Source: Octopus sinensis (taxonomy: Eukaryota). From it: a stretch of DNA of 64,000 bases. Every line of letters begins with the position of its first letter. Positions within the stretch are counted from its first letter, which is position 1. The stretch spans positions 65,298,464-65,362,463 of the forward strand of contig NC_043011.1 of the NCBI RefSeq assembly GCF_006345805.1, written 5' to 3'. A program made the position numbers and the translations under genes. Below are positions 26,146 to 39,696 of this stretch, piece by piece. The notes beneath the pieces are model-generated. The model had not been told where the DNA came from, did not search any database, and worked only from the letters and a program-made list of their open reading frames with translations.

Positions 26146-29100
26146 CACTTTTTTTTTTCTTCTTTCAAATTTGCTTACATTTCTTGCCGGGTGTCTTCCC
26201 GACTCCTAGGGCAAAGAAACTCATAGTATACATTGGTAGGCCATTAAACCAAACTCAATAGTTCGTTCATTTATTTATTCTTTTTTAAGTTAAATTAAAA
26301 TACATGAGCAGCAACAGTTCTCACATCGACAATGCTCTTCTCAATACGTGTGATGTACCAGTTAAGATAATCTTTTGCACTTCTTGCAGGGATGGTAAGC
26401 CAGGGATCATTCTCATATAATTTTCGGTTCCTTTCTTGATCATTCCTATTGCTCTTACGATTACTGGTATTGTAACCGCCTTGAGATGCCAAATTTTCTC
26501 AATGTCAATGGGCAAGTCTTTATATTTTCTGAGATCACAGGGGATGCTCATGTCGATCAATAAGCGAACTTTATTGTTTTGGTCTTTCACAACAATATCT
26601 GGTTTATTGGCCCTGATGGTTCGGTCTGTATGTACTGGAAAGTCCCACAGAATGGTTACATTTTCTCCTTCAGTTACAGCCTCAGGGTGGTGATTATACC
26701 ACATGTCGGCAGTTTTGATATTGTAATGCCGACTTATTAGCCAGTGTAGATATTGGGCAACTCTGTCATGTCTTAATCTATATTCCACTGGTACTAAGAC
26801 TTTACATCCAGAGATTAAGTGGTCCACTGTTTCAATCATGTCGTTGCAGAATCGGCATTTTGGGTTTGCTCCATTTTTCATCACATTGGCCTGGTAGTTC
26901 CGGGTTAATAGGCTTTGATCTTGAGCAGCCAGGATGAAACCTTTTGCTCTCTGCTTTTAGCCCTGAGCTCCGTAGCCACTGATGGGTTTGCTTCTGGTTA
27001 ACATCAACTTGTTTGCTGCGGGCCACATAGTTGCCGTGCAGAGGTTTCTCCTCCCACCTATAAGCCAATTGCACCTGCGCTTTTTTCGTTGCCATTAGTT
27101 TCACCTTCTTAGCAACAATAGTTGCCGTACTTCCCTCGGGTTGTTCAGTTTGGGTATCCTGCACGAGATTAATAGCAAATATTTTGCTTTCCTCTATGAT
27201 AGAATGAAGCTTCTTTAGTCTCTCGTAAATTTCTACGGGCTTTAGCATCCAGTCATTCGTTATTTCGAGATATTTGGCCAGTCCAATTGTGGTTGCTTTG
27301 TAAGCTAGTTCAAATTGGATCAGGCCCCGACCTACTTAGGCTCTTGGGAGGTAAAGGTAATCTACGTCTGCCTTTGGGTGGTGCATCCTATTACAACTCA
27401 GCAGCTTGCGTATTTTCCAATTTATATTATTTACTTCACTCATATTCCAGTTCAACACATTGTAGCTATAAGTAAAAAGTGGAACTGCTAAGGAATTTAT
27501 AGCTAACACCTTGTTACGTGTATTTAGTTCAGATTTCAGTACTGCACGAGCTCTACTATAACATTCCTTCCTGATCTTCTCTTTCATGCTTGCATGCTGA
27601 ATACCAGAGCCTTCATTTATCCTAAATATTTCTATGTTTGTTCTTGCTCAAGCTCTCTTATGACTGTGTCAACATCTAACACGACTGAATTTGTGGTCTT
27701 CACTTTCCCTTTCTGGAAAGTGGCCTTGGCACACTTCTCAAGTCCAAACTCCATCCCGATATTATCGCTGAATGCTTTCACAGTGCACAATAGGCCTTCA
27801 AGTTCATTATTGTCTTTACCATAGAGTTTTAAGTCATCCATATAAAATAGATGGCTTATTCTATTATTGGCAATTTTATACCCATACCCTGTTCTGTTTA
27901 ATTAACTTGTAAGGGGTATTAGGGCTATGCAAAATATTAAAGTTGAAAGTAAGTCACCTTGAAAAATCATCCAACAGTCGATGTTTATATTCTCTGAGGC
28001 AAGTACTCCATTAGAGTAGTATAATTGGAGATTCGTATTCCACAACGACATATTGTGCTTGAGGAAGCTTGAAATCACAGGGGAAAATTTTGAAGATGTC
28101 CAGCGATATCAAGATCCATGGATGCGGTATACTGTCGAATGCCTTTCTATAGTCAATCTATGCCGAGCTTTGATTTCTGCGCTTGTTGTGACAGTTCTCA
28201 AGGATTATACGATTAATTAGCAATTGGTCTTTGCATCCGTATGAGCCTCGGCGGCACCCTTTTTGTTTAATGGGGAAAATATCGTTCTTCTCCATGAAAG
28301 CATATGTTTTCTCTGCCAGGGTAGATGTTAGAATTTTATACGTGGTGGACAGACAGGTTATAGGCCGATATTTCTTTGGAAGGTTGGTTTCGTTACTCTT
28401 TGCGAGTAAGTAAGTAATACCACTTGCTAACCATTCAGGTGTTTTCTTTGTGTCTCTCATAATTCCATTGAGCAGCTGAACTAGCTTTCCGTGTGCGCAT
28501 GGGAGCGATGCGAACCAGAAATTCGGCACCCTATCTTTACTGGGGGATTTCCAATTATGGGCCTTCGTGAGTGCCTTTCTTAGGTCTGCTATTGTAATAT
28601 CTTCCCATGCTTGTTGTTGTAAATTTTGGTAGGATCCTTCAGTTTGTATAATCCAGTCTGCATTTATGTTGTACGTCTTCTTGTCACTCCAAATCATTTT
28701 CCAAATGTTTTGAACTTCTTCCATAGGACAGGGGTCTTTAACAGTTACATTCTCCTTCCCTTTTTTGGCATTGGATGTAAACAGCTTATTTTGCTTGTAA
28801 AACTTGTTTCTCTTCTCAAATCTTCGTATTCTTTGAGCTTTTGCTTGGGCATTTTGTTTCAGCGTTTCTTTTATTGATATCAGTTCTTCTCTTGGTGAGA
28901 ATCCAAATTTTCTCTTCATCTTTCTTCCTGTTCTGGATCTTACATCATTTCCACATATTAGTTTATTTAATATTGATATTTCCCCACTCATATATTCAAT
29001 CGCTTTTTCAATTTTACTTCTCCAGGTTCGATTTCCTCCCAGGTTTCTTTTCCTTAGTTATTTGGGGGGCATACAGCTGGTTGCAATTGCCCTAGCATAA

Positions 29101-29971
29101 GCGTAAATAATTTCATTTAACTCAGTAAAATCAGGTTTTAATTCTTGTATTACTTCATTTGTTACATAGTTGCCAATTTTGATTTTTTTTAAATTTTGGT
29201 TTGTATTTGATAGTTTATGAAGTTGTTCTCTATCATTCATACTTGTATGTCTTACAACTTCAAGCGTATTCATTATTTTCTGCCTCATTTCTGCCATAGA
29301 CTCTCTGTGTTCTTCAGCAAATGCGAGATCTTCAGTTACTGTTGTTTTATCATTTTCCTGACTCTCTTTAACAGGTTCAATAGAATTTCTTGTATCTTCA
29401 GGCCTTTGCGTACTTTGGTCAGATGGCAGTCTTTCAATTAAGCCTCGTGGCGGGCTATACTGTTCTTCTGCTTCTTCATTTCCTTTGTGTCTTATATTTA
29501 TGTCATTTTCCGTTGCGTGCTTGATCGCGCTTATTTCACTGTCTGTGAGTCTGTTATTTCTAAGGATATCCATCCTCACATTTGCCAACTTGTTCTCGTC
29601 CAAATAGGGCCTACTGTCTTGATTCCGTGTTCTCCATATACTGTAAGAGTTTGGTGGTTGTGGTGGTCAACTTGGAGGGCTCGAGTTGGGAGTTTCCCGT
29701 TCAAGTGACCATCCATGTCCGTATTCGGAGAAGAGTTTGTGCCAGTTGATGACTTTTCGATCCCAGGCTGGCTCTTCCCAGGCGGACGCGCTTCCAGATT
29801 AACCATAGGACAAGCGATTTGGTATACTGATTTAGTTTTCCTTTTAGTTTCCAAAAACATTTTGGATGCTATGATAATGTTATCATTTTTTGAGCTTTGA
29901 GTGGCCCGTGGGGAGACGGCCATCATTGCCGTTACAATTATAGTCGTACCTTCATAGCAGCCGTAGTCGGC
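26146..29971 (-). mobile_element. R4/Dong-clade non-LTR retrotransposon (copy A), near full length, degraded
   Basis: N-terminal NKLANVRMDI; RT (YRPITCL..TYK, QKGCRRGSYGCKDQL, YMDDLKLY); CRFC..ETVDHL..GC knuckle; RLE NKPDIV..LID; 3' end abuts (TAA)n at 26087-26145. Confidence 0.9.
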
Positions 29972-30701
29972 TTATTATTGTTATTATCATCACCATTATT
30001 ATCACTATTATTATTATCACCACTATTACTATCATCATTATCATCATCACCATCACCATCATCATCACCATCATCAATGATATTGTTTTATGTGTAGTCA
30101 CAGCAGTATCTTATTATTGTTATTTTTGTTTTTTTATCATTATCACCATCATAGTAGTGTCTGTCTGTCTCGTTGGCTGGCTGGGTGTTTGGCTTGCTGG
30201 CTGTCTTCAACGCCAGAATTCTTGCCCGTCAGATAATACTTTCATATTTGGTTAACATTTGAAGAGTCTAGGTGAGGTTTGTGTTGGCTGAACTTTGTGT
30301 GCATTTGTGTGTGTATACGTGTGTGTTGATAGATAGATAGATTATCAGCACTATTACTTTCATTATTATCATCATCACCATCATCAACATCACCATCAGC
30401 ACCTTCATCATCAGTGATATTGTTTTATGTGTAGTCACAGCAATATCTTATTATTGTTATTTTTGTTTTTATCATTATCACCATCATCACCACTACTACC
30501 ATTGTTTGGGGCACTGATTGGTTAAGAGGTCATGCTCTATGGGTCTATAAATAGATTCAGCGGATGGTGGAGATACAGCCCAAGAGACAAAGCACATTAA
30601 TGGTCAGGAGAGGTCAAAAGGTCAAACATTTTTTAAGAGCAGTTCCGCCCGTTATATTTGTAATTAATGGTAGGAAGAGAGAAAGAGACTATGTATATAT
30701 A

Positions 30702-32308
30702 GAGTTGCGGCCAAAATGTTCAGAACGGCATTGTTTTAGCCAGAAAAGTAGATGTAAGTTTTTATCAAATTTGTTTCATATTCAGTAATTTTTACAGACA
30801 ATAAATACGATATTACTTGTTATTGCCTGAGGATAATACGAAAGTTATAGATGATTTAGTGATTTACTGCAAAACCCATGGCGGCAAAAATGATCAGAAC
30901 GGTTGCTTTTACTCCGTGTTTTAGTATATTTAACCGGTGAACTCTAATGTTTTGAATTTGTTTACATGACGGTTCGTTTACTAAACATTAGTAAGAATAT
31001 TTGCAGTGTACTTTGTTAATATAATGCCACTTACTCCGTTACAAATTCGTCAGCAGATTATTAAGCTTCAAAAGAAGGATAATTTAAGTATTGAATCTAT
31101 TGCAAAGATTGTTAACAAGTCAAAAAGTGTTGTTCACGGTATTCTTAAGGTCTTCGATGATTGTGGTTCGTGTGAAGCAAGAAAGTATACAGGTAGGCCA
31201 AGAAAAACGACCAAGAGAGAAGATCGTGCTATGGTAAAGTTGGTTAAAAAGGACAGATTTAAAACTGCTGCTGCTGTTTCTCGGAAAAAAGAAAACTTTA
31301 TCTCGAAAAACTTGTCTCATCGTTTAGTTGAACATAAACTACAAGAAAGTTCACCAGCAGTGAAGCCTCATATCAGCTCCAAAAATAAAAAGTGTCATCT
31401 TACCTTTGCAACCGAACATGTGTTGTGGTCTCAAGAAAAAAGGCAAACGGTACATTTCAGTGATGAATCTCAGTTTATGTTATTTGGCTCAGATGGGAGA
31501 GGTACGTTCGCTGAAAAGTAGGTGAAAAATTGTCACCTAAATGCCTTAAGACTAGTGTTAAATTCGGTAGAGGAAGTGTGATGGTTTGGGTGATGATATC
31601 TGGCGATGGTTTGGGCGATGATGGTGTGGGCCCTTTGGTGCGATTACATGGAAATGTAAATGCAGGAGTTTATAAACAACTTGTAAAAGATCATGTCTTG
31701 CCTGTGCTGAGAAACTCAACTAAGCGACCACCCATATTCATGCAGGACAATGCCCCATGTCACAAGGCTAAGGTGGTCATGAACCTCCTCAAAGCTGAAA
31801 AGGTTATTATTATGGATTGGCCTGCTCAAAGCCCAGATCTCAATCCTATCGAAAGTGTGTGGAATATTCTAGGAGAACGTTCGAAACCCATAAATCCTAA
31901 AACAACCGAGCAATTATGGAATGCCCTTTAGGAAGAATGGAATAAGATCACCTAGCAAGAAATAGAAAATTTAATTTCCTCATGCAGTCGAAGATGTCAA
32001 AGTGTGATTGAAGCTAAAGGGCTTCACACTAAATATTAACTAACTCCAGTATTCTCTGTCATTTTCGATTATTTTGTTATTTTTTAAACCGTTCTGATAA
32101 ATTTGGCCGCCATGAGTTTTGCAGTAAATCACTAAATCATCTATAACGTTTGGATTATCTACTCAAATTACACCAACATCCCAGACAATAACAAATAATA
32201 GTGTATTTATTGTCTTGAAAATTATAGAATATAATACAACTTTGATAAAAACTTATACCTACTTTTCTGGCAAAAACAATGCCATTCTGAACATTTTGGC
32301 CGCAACTG
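30702..32308 (+). mobile_element. Tc1-family DNA transposon (DD34E) with long IR/DR-type TIRs
   Basis: TA flanks; TIRs of about 200-225 bp, each with outer and inner gcggc(c/a)aaaatg(t/a)tcagaacgg repeats; transposase fragments 31006-31521 and 31530-31931 (GRPRK, FSDES, QDNAPCH, SPDLNPIE, 34-aa spacing). Confidence 0.92.
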
Positions 32309-32535
32309 TATATACCCATACACACATGTATATGTATATGTGTACTCACACATACACATGTATATGTATACACACACACTCATATGTATATGTATATGTA
32401 TACTCACACACACACACATATTATTTGATATTCACGTTGATGATTTTTTTAAATTTCAGAATTCAATTGTATGTATATATCTTATTTTTTATTATGATTA
32501 TTAATATTATTATTATCATTATTATTATTATTATT

Positions 32536-33595
32536 CTATGTTTGACTTTTGCTTTATGTCTGTACAAGTTGGCTCCAAGTCTCACCCAGAGACCTCAAGA
32601 GACAACAGGTTGGAAATTCTGTGCCATATATTTGGGGGGGGGGGAGGTTGTACTAGTGAATGTCTAATACATAAAAATTTTTTAAAAAATAAATAAATAA
32701 ATAAAAAATTTAAAAAATGTTTGTTTTAAACCTTGGGATTACATAGAGAGTATTTTGCGTAGGATATGAGCAGTTCCCATGAGCACTATCTTTTGAATTT
32801 CTGCCATTTTGGGGTTTCCTGGTATCTGAGTTAGGTAGCAATCAGTCCCTTTCGCGATCATTCCCAGGGCACCTATGACAACAGGTATTGTTTTAGTCTT
32901 CAGGTTCCACATTTTGCTGATTTCTATTTCAAGATCTTTATATTTGCTCAGTTTTTGGTAGGTCTTGACAGATACGTTTATATCGATTGGGACAGTCATA
33001 TGAATGAGGAGGCATGTTCTTTGTCTCAAGTCTTTCAATATAATGTCTGGCCTATTTGCATCTATCTTCCTGTCAGTTTGAATGGTGAAGTTCCAGAGGA
33101 GTGAGATGTGGTCATATTCAAGCACAGGAGGTGGATTGTGTTCCCACCAGTTTTTTTCATGGGGAAAATCCAGGTTTTTGCAAATTACCCAGTGAATATA
33201 TTGTGCAGCTGTATCAAGCCTACTGAGGTACTCTGTAGGCGCTAGAAGACTGCATTTGGAGACAACATGGTCAATAGTTTCATTTTGTTGTCGGCATACA
33301 CGACATGTTGGGCTACTGCCGTTCTTTAATATGTTGGCCTAGTAGTTTCTTGTTGGTAGGCGTTGATCTTGAGCTGCTATGATAAACACCTCTGTTTCAG
33401 GTTTTAAGCCAGAGGCCATTAGCCATTGATGGGTCAGGGCTTTGTCGATATCTGCATTATTCGCTCTCTTTGGGTATGTGCCATAGAGAGGTTTTTCTTG
33501 ACATTTATTATTCAGAATATCTAAGGCCGCGGTTTTGGCACGGGTTTTCATGCGCCTAGCTTTTTCTGTGCTTGTTTCTTGTATGTCTATCTCCA

Positions 33596-33597
<2 letters not shown>
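32536..33597 (-). mobile_element. R4/Dong-clade element (copy B), 5'-truncated
   Basis: RLE ANRPDIIL..LIH, KYKDLEIEI..MW; flanked by (ATT)n at about 32500-32535 and 33598-33689. Confidence 0.85.
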
Positions 33598-33689
<92 letters not shown>

Positions 33690-33692
<3 letters not shown>

Positions 33693-34013
33693 TAGTTTCA
33701 TTTTTATTTTTATAGCGTGCTTTCACTTCACTACCGAGCGCAGCTCCGTGTGCCTTGGGTATGTGCTGTGATTTGTTGTGATGCTCTGATGGTTATTGTA
33801 TGGAAAGTGTTCTGCGTAGGATGTGTGCATTGCCTAGTAGTGCAATTTTCTGTATGTTATATGTGTTTGTAAGTGCTGGTGTTTTTGTTATGTATTTGTC
33901 TGAATATTTTTTATCATGCCTAATGCACCTACTATGATAGGAATTGTTTCTGTTTTCAGATTCCACATTCTAGTTACCTCTATATCCAGGTTTTGTATTC
34001 TGAGAGTTTCTCC
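33690..34013 (-). mobile_element. R4/Dong-clade element (copy C), 3' stub of the same family as copy D
   Basis: Nearly identical to 34093-34410 apart from a deletion; bounded by (TAA)n tracts. Confidence 0.85.
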
Positions 34014-34054
34014 ATTATCCATTATTATTATTAATTTTATGATTATTATTATCA

Positions 34055-34092
<38 letters not shown>

Positions 34093-34095
<3 letters not shown>

Positions 34096-37000
34096 TAGTT
34101 TTATTTTTATAGCGTGCTTTCACTTCACTACCGAGCGCAGCTCTGTGTGCCTTGGGTATGTGTTGAGATTTTTTGTGATGCTCTGATGGTTATTGTATGG
34201 AAAGTGTTCTGCGTAGGATGTGTGCAGTGCCTAGTAGTGCAATTTTCTCTATGTTATATGTGTTTGTAAGTCCTGGTGTTTTTGTTATGTATTTGTCTGA
34301 ATATTTTTTTATCATTCTTAATGCACCTACTATGATAGGAATTGTTTCTGTTTTCAGATTCCACATTCTAGTTACCTCTATTTCCAGGTCTTTGTATTTT
34401 GAGAGTTTCTCCATATCTTTTAGAGACACGTTGTCATCAGCCGGTATTGATACATCAATTAGAAAGCATTTTTTTTCTTCATGGTCTCTGACAACTATAT
34501 CTGGTCTGTTGGCCTTAATTTCTCTGTCTGTGTGTATCGTCATATCCCAGAGTATGGTTGCTTTCTCGTTTTCTGTGACCTTTTCTGGTGTGTGCCTATA
34601 CCATCTGTTTTCTGTTGTTATTCCATAATGTTGGCATAGCTTCCAATGTATGTAGGTTCCAACTCTGTCATGTCTGTGAATATATTCCTTCTTAGCCAGG
34701 ACTGGGCAGCTAGAGATAATATGATTTATTGTTTCTTGTCCATCCCCACATATTCTGCAGTTACTTGTAATATTTCTTTTCATTACATGTTTTTGGTAAT
34801 TTCTGGTGGGGAGGCTTTGGTCTTGTGCTGCAATTAAAAATCCCTCTGTTTCTGCTTTGAGTCCTGAGCTTCTCAACCATTGCTGGGATTTTTCTTTGTG
34901 TATTTCTTTTGCGTTTACTTTAGTCCAGTATTTACCATGAAGGGGCTTTTCTTGCCATCGTTTTATCATGGTTCGTTGCTGTTTTATTTTTAGTTTGGAT
35001 TTCATTTGTTTTATAGCTTTTGTTGTTTCTTCATCTTATTCTTCTTCTTCATGTTTATTAGGTGGTATGATTTCTTGTTTGTATTTGTCAGCTTCCTTAA
35101 TTACTGAGAACAGTTTTTTGTTTTGCTTGTGTTTTGCCGCTATCTGGATCAGTTTTCCTTCCTTCTGACGTACGTATTTTTGCACTCTTATGGTGGTTAT
35201 TTTATAGTAGTTTTCCAGCTGTCTAAGACCTCTACCACCTTCTATACGGTGTATATATAGTCTTTCTCTGTCAGATTTTGGGTGATGCATCCTAGATCCT
35301 GTCATTATTTTTCTTGTTTTCCAATCTATTTTGGTCAGTTCATTTCTTGTCCAGTTAAGGATATTGTAGCTGCAACTTATAACTGGGACAGCTAAAGTGT
35401 TGATACATATTATCTTGTTTTTAGCATTGAGCTCTGTGTTTAGTATTGATCTAACTCGTCTATAATATTCTTTTTTATTTTCTCTTTCACTTGTGTGTGT
35501 TGTGTCTTATCTAGTTCATGGATTCCTAAGTATTTGTAAGTTTGGCTTTGGTCTTTTATTTCATTGGTTTTATCTAGTGTGATGTTGTTACTCTTAACTA
35601 GTTTTCCTCTTTTCATGGTTACTTTGGCGCATTTTTCTAATCCAAATTTCATATCTATTCCTTTGGTAAATCCATGAACTGCCTTTAATAGTGTTTCCAG
35701 CTGTTTGTCATTTGTAGCGTATAGTTTTAGGTCATCCATATATAAAAGGTGGCTGATCGTTTTGCCGTAACATTTATATCCGCATCCAGTTCTATTTAGC
35801 ATATCAGATAGAGGTGACAGTGCCAAGCAGAAAAGGAGTGGATAGAGCGTGTCTCCCTGGAATATTCCTCTTCTAATGGGGATGTCTTTGGTTTTCATGA
35901 GTCCCTCTTTTGTTTGGAGGTGTAGGACTGTTTGCCATTTATTCATAGAGTGCTCTATGAATTTTATGATTGTTGGTGCTACTTTGTTAATGGCTAGTGT
36001 TTCGAGGATCCATGTGTGGGGGTGGCTATCAAACGCCTTTTTGTAGTCAATCCAGGCCATACTGAGGCTTTTCTTCTTTCTGTGGCTGTCTTCAGTTATG
36101 GCTTTATTAATCATTAGTTTATCTTTACAGCCATATGAGCCTTTGCGGCATCCTTTCTGCTCTTCTGGGAACAGTTTGTTTTCGTCCAGGTGCTTGTTCA
36201 GCTTTTGTGATATCACTGCAGTAAATGCCTTGAACATAGTAGGGAGGCAGGTTATTGGTCTGTAGTTTTCTGGTTTTACTGTTTCATTTGATTTGGGAAT
36301 TAAGATGGTTTTCCCCTTCGTGAGCCATTCAGGCATTGTCTCTGGCTCTGCTAGTACGTTGTTAAAGTTTTCTGCCAGCTTTTTGTGCATTCCTGTAAGA
36401 TATTTCAACCAGAAGTTGGGGATCCTGTCATGCCCGCAGTGCCTGGGTGACCTCTTCATTTGTTATGGGGGTCTAATGTTGTTCAGATGCCGAGTTTGTT
36501 ATTTTGATACTGCTTTTTTTTGGTGGTTCGTTCGCCGACCATATTTCTCTCCAGAATTCTTCCAATTCTTCTGCCGTTTGTGCTGCAGTGACTTCTATTT
36601 TATTTTTGCCCAGTTCTTGGTAGAACTTTTTGGGGTTGGAGTTGAACTTTTTTGTTTTCTTCAAAGAAGCGTTGGCGTTTCTTGTACCGGCGGATCCTTT
36701 GTGCTTTGGCAAGGATATCTTGCTTCAGCTTTTCTTTTATTTCAGGCAAATCTTTCTCTGTGATGTTATATTTGCGGAGTATTTTTGTTCTCTTTTTGTT
36801 GCTCAGTAGCGTTGATTGTTTGCTGATTTCATTAAGAATCGACAGGTCTTTTCTATGTTTTTTTTTTGCTCTGGATGTTATTTATCCACAGGGTTTGTTT
36901 GGGTCGTGGTACTCCAGTTTGGGCGGGTTTGGGTGAGTATCCAGCTTCTTTTTTGGCTGCAGTGGCTGCTGCGTATATTAGGTTATTTAGCTCAGTGATA

Positions 37001-38025
37001 TCACTTTTTTTTATTCAGTGGCTATCAGTTCAGTGACGGCTAGGTTTATGCTGTTTATAATAGGTGTTGTTATTTCGTTTATTTTGATTCTTGGGAGGTA
37101 TGGTCAGTGGTCCATTTTGAGCTCTGTGGTTTTCATTTCTTTGATTATTTTACTTTTTATATTATCATAATCATTAGGCTCCCCTTCGTTGTTTACATCG
37201 TGTCTGTTGGGAATGTTGCGTTTGTCTTCGTGTTTTATAGTTTCAGTGTTTATATTATTGGGCATTGTTGTGTGGCTTCTATCTACATTTTCCTGGTGTA
37301 TTTTTTCTTTTAAATGTTCTATTTCTATTTCTGATATATTTTTGGCTTTGAGAATGTATCTTCATACGTTAGCTAATTTATTAGGGTTCATTGCTGTATC
37401 CAAGTCTATATCTCTATTATTTTCCTTCCATATTTTATATGTATGTGTTGTTGTATTTTCATTTTTTGGGTAGAGTACTGCTGTGTAGTATGCGTGTAAG
37501 ATAGAAATGTATTCCTCACGTGTCCATTTACGTCTTTTGGGTTTTATTTGCGGGACATGAGGTACAACGTCCGGCCCATTATTTTGACGGTCGTCATTTT
37601 CGTTGGGTACCGGTCCGTTTATTTCTGTTGTCACATTATTTCGCACGTGTAGTTTTTCGTACATTTTTTGTTGTATGTTTAATGTACGTAACGCTCGATT
37701 GTTATTCTTGGGTTGAATAGTATCGGTGGCATTTAATTTCTTCGTTGTTCCTTTGTACATGGTGTTTGGGGTCGGGGATGATCGTGATGTTCCACGCATG
37801 TTTACATGTGTTGCGTTAGAGGTGGAGATGATATCGAGTCAAAATGCATCATTTCGTTTTGAAAATAGTAATAAATTTCAATTAGTATTACTTACTCGGA
37901 TACAGTCAAATTCTTTGTTAGTAAAACTTTGGCTCCATAGGATGTCCTTGTTTTCGATGTTTGTGGATAGATTTCGGAGCTCTGAATTTTCCTTCTTACA
38001 TCTTAAACGTTTCCCGGTGTTCTCC
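34093..38025 (-). mobile_element. R4/Dong-clade element (copy D), full length but frameshifted
   Basis: ORF pieces 37362-37799 (RRKWTREE Myb-like), 35440-36459 (RT with YMDD), 34190-35005 (CRIC..ETINHI..C; RPDIV..LID); both ends join (TAA)n. Confidence 0.92.
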
Positions 38026-38083
<58 letters not shown>

Positions 38084-38091
38084 CATTATTA

Positions 38092-38151
<60 letters not shown>

Positions 38152-38175
38152 TCTTATTACTATTATTATTATTAA

Positions 38176-38223
<48 letters not shown>
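38026..38223. repeat. (TAA)n/(ATT)n microsatellite; similar tracts at 26087-26145, 33598-33689, about 34020-34092 and about 39418-39478
   Basis: Read directly from the sequence. Confidence 0.95.
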
Positions 38224-38228
<5 letters not shown>

Positions 38229-39416
38229 CCATTGTTGTATAGCGCAACGCTCGATATTTTAGGTGGCTATTCAGTTCAATTAATCGGCCTCGTCCTCAAC
38301 TGGTGGTTATTATATCATCCAGAAAGCCTATAAAATGAAATCGATCTCTACTGAATATGATTAACTGAGGACGTGACGTAAATCCGACAAAATTATGATA
38401 AATAATATATCCCGGGTGATATCAACTCTTCCGGATTGTCTCTTTGCAATTTCGAATTTCTGCACTAGCCAGCATTTTCGTGTTAGAGGGTAGGTCTATT
38501 TATCTGCGTCAGTACTCAACAGGTATATGATGTATAGAGCCGGAAATGATTTAATATAAACAAAAGATAATTTATGGAACTAAATATTGTATGAACAACG
38601 AAACTCTTACCTGATCAGAAAATGAGGTTTCGTTGATGGCACCTCAGCTAAATTTAGTGGCCTGACCTTTTGGAGTAGACAGCGGTCCTTCCAAGTCGAC
38701 TCTAGCCTCATGTACGTATATTCTGATGAAATGCATTTTTGAAAAGTGGCATAAAACAGCCGCTTATATTGTTTCTGCAGATAGGTGGGTCGTTTGTCTT
38801 TGATGCAAACTGTGGGTATTTCACGAGCAGCTCCGTACATAATTCGTTTACTTTTATCTCATAGGCTTTAAATTATTCGGGATGTTTATTGCGCTGTTTA
38901 TATGTTTCTGTATATAATTAATTAGATTATAATTGTCTGTGTTTCTGGGTGTGCATCTTGCAATTCTTACTGTTGTTTATGTTGTGTGATGTAATCAGAC
39001 TTGTTTATAAATTTGATTGTGCATATACCTGTGATAATGCCGATAGTGGACTGGTGGGTGGAGATGTTGGAGTGTATATTCATAATGTAGACGCTGTTCT
39101 CCTTGGTGGAGTTGCATGGTCGTTAGGAGGCATCTATCTGTTGGTATCTAACAGCGGTTCGATCTGCTCTTTCTTGTTTCTCTTTTTAATGGCTTTGTAA
39201 CTTTGATCTAATTAACTTCTATCCCGTCACGCTTACTACACGGTGCGTGGTTTGAGAAGCGGCGATGGCGGATTTGCTTTCAAAAAGATTGTAGTACGAC
39301 ATTGTTGATGTAATTCTTTTGTTGGGGACAAACATTGCAGATTTTATTGGTAGGATCTCTGAGAAGGTGGTACTAAATATTGGTGTATTTTGTTCTGTTT
39401 ATTTGAAATTCTTCCA

Positions 39417-39479
<63 letters not shown>

Positions 39480-39696
39480 TATTTTTATTATTATCCGGGC
39501 TTTCGCCATTGCAACTATGAATACGAAACTCAGTTATTTGATGTTAGCGACTGAAAGGGGGAATTTGCGTGTGATTATGTGTGTGTGTTAGTGACTGATC
39601 ATGTACCATTAATATTTAACTTTCGTAATTGCTGTGAAAACCTTCATGAGAAAAAAGTTATTTGAAATTGATACACTTGTAATAGATGGTGGATAT

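Noticed and set aside
29990-30500. Repeated cat/tat-rich blocks with a duplicated gatattgttttatgtgtagtcacagc segment, superficially CRISPR-like
   Set aside because: Degenerate trinucleotide microsatellite with one local duplication; no regular repeat-spacer array in this eukaryotic context.
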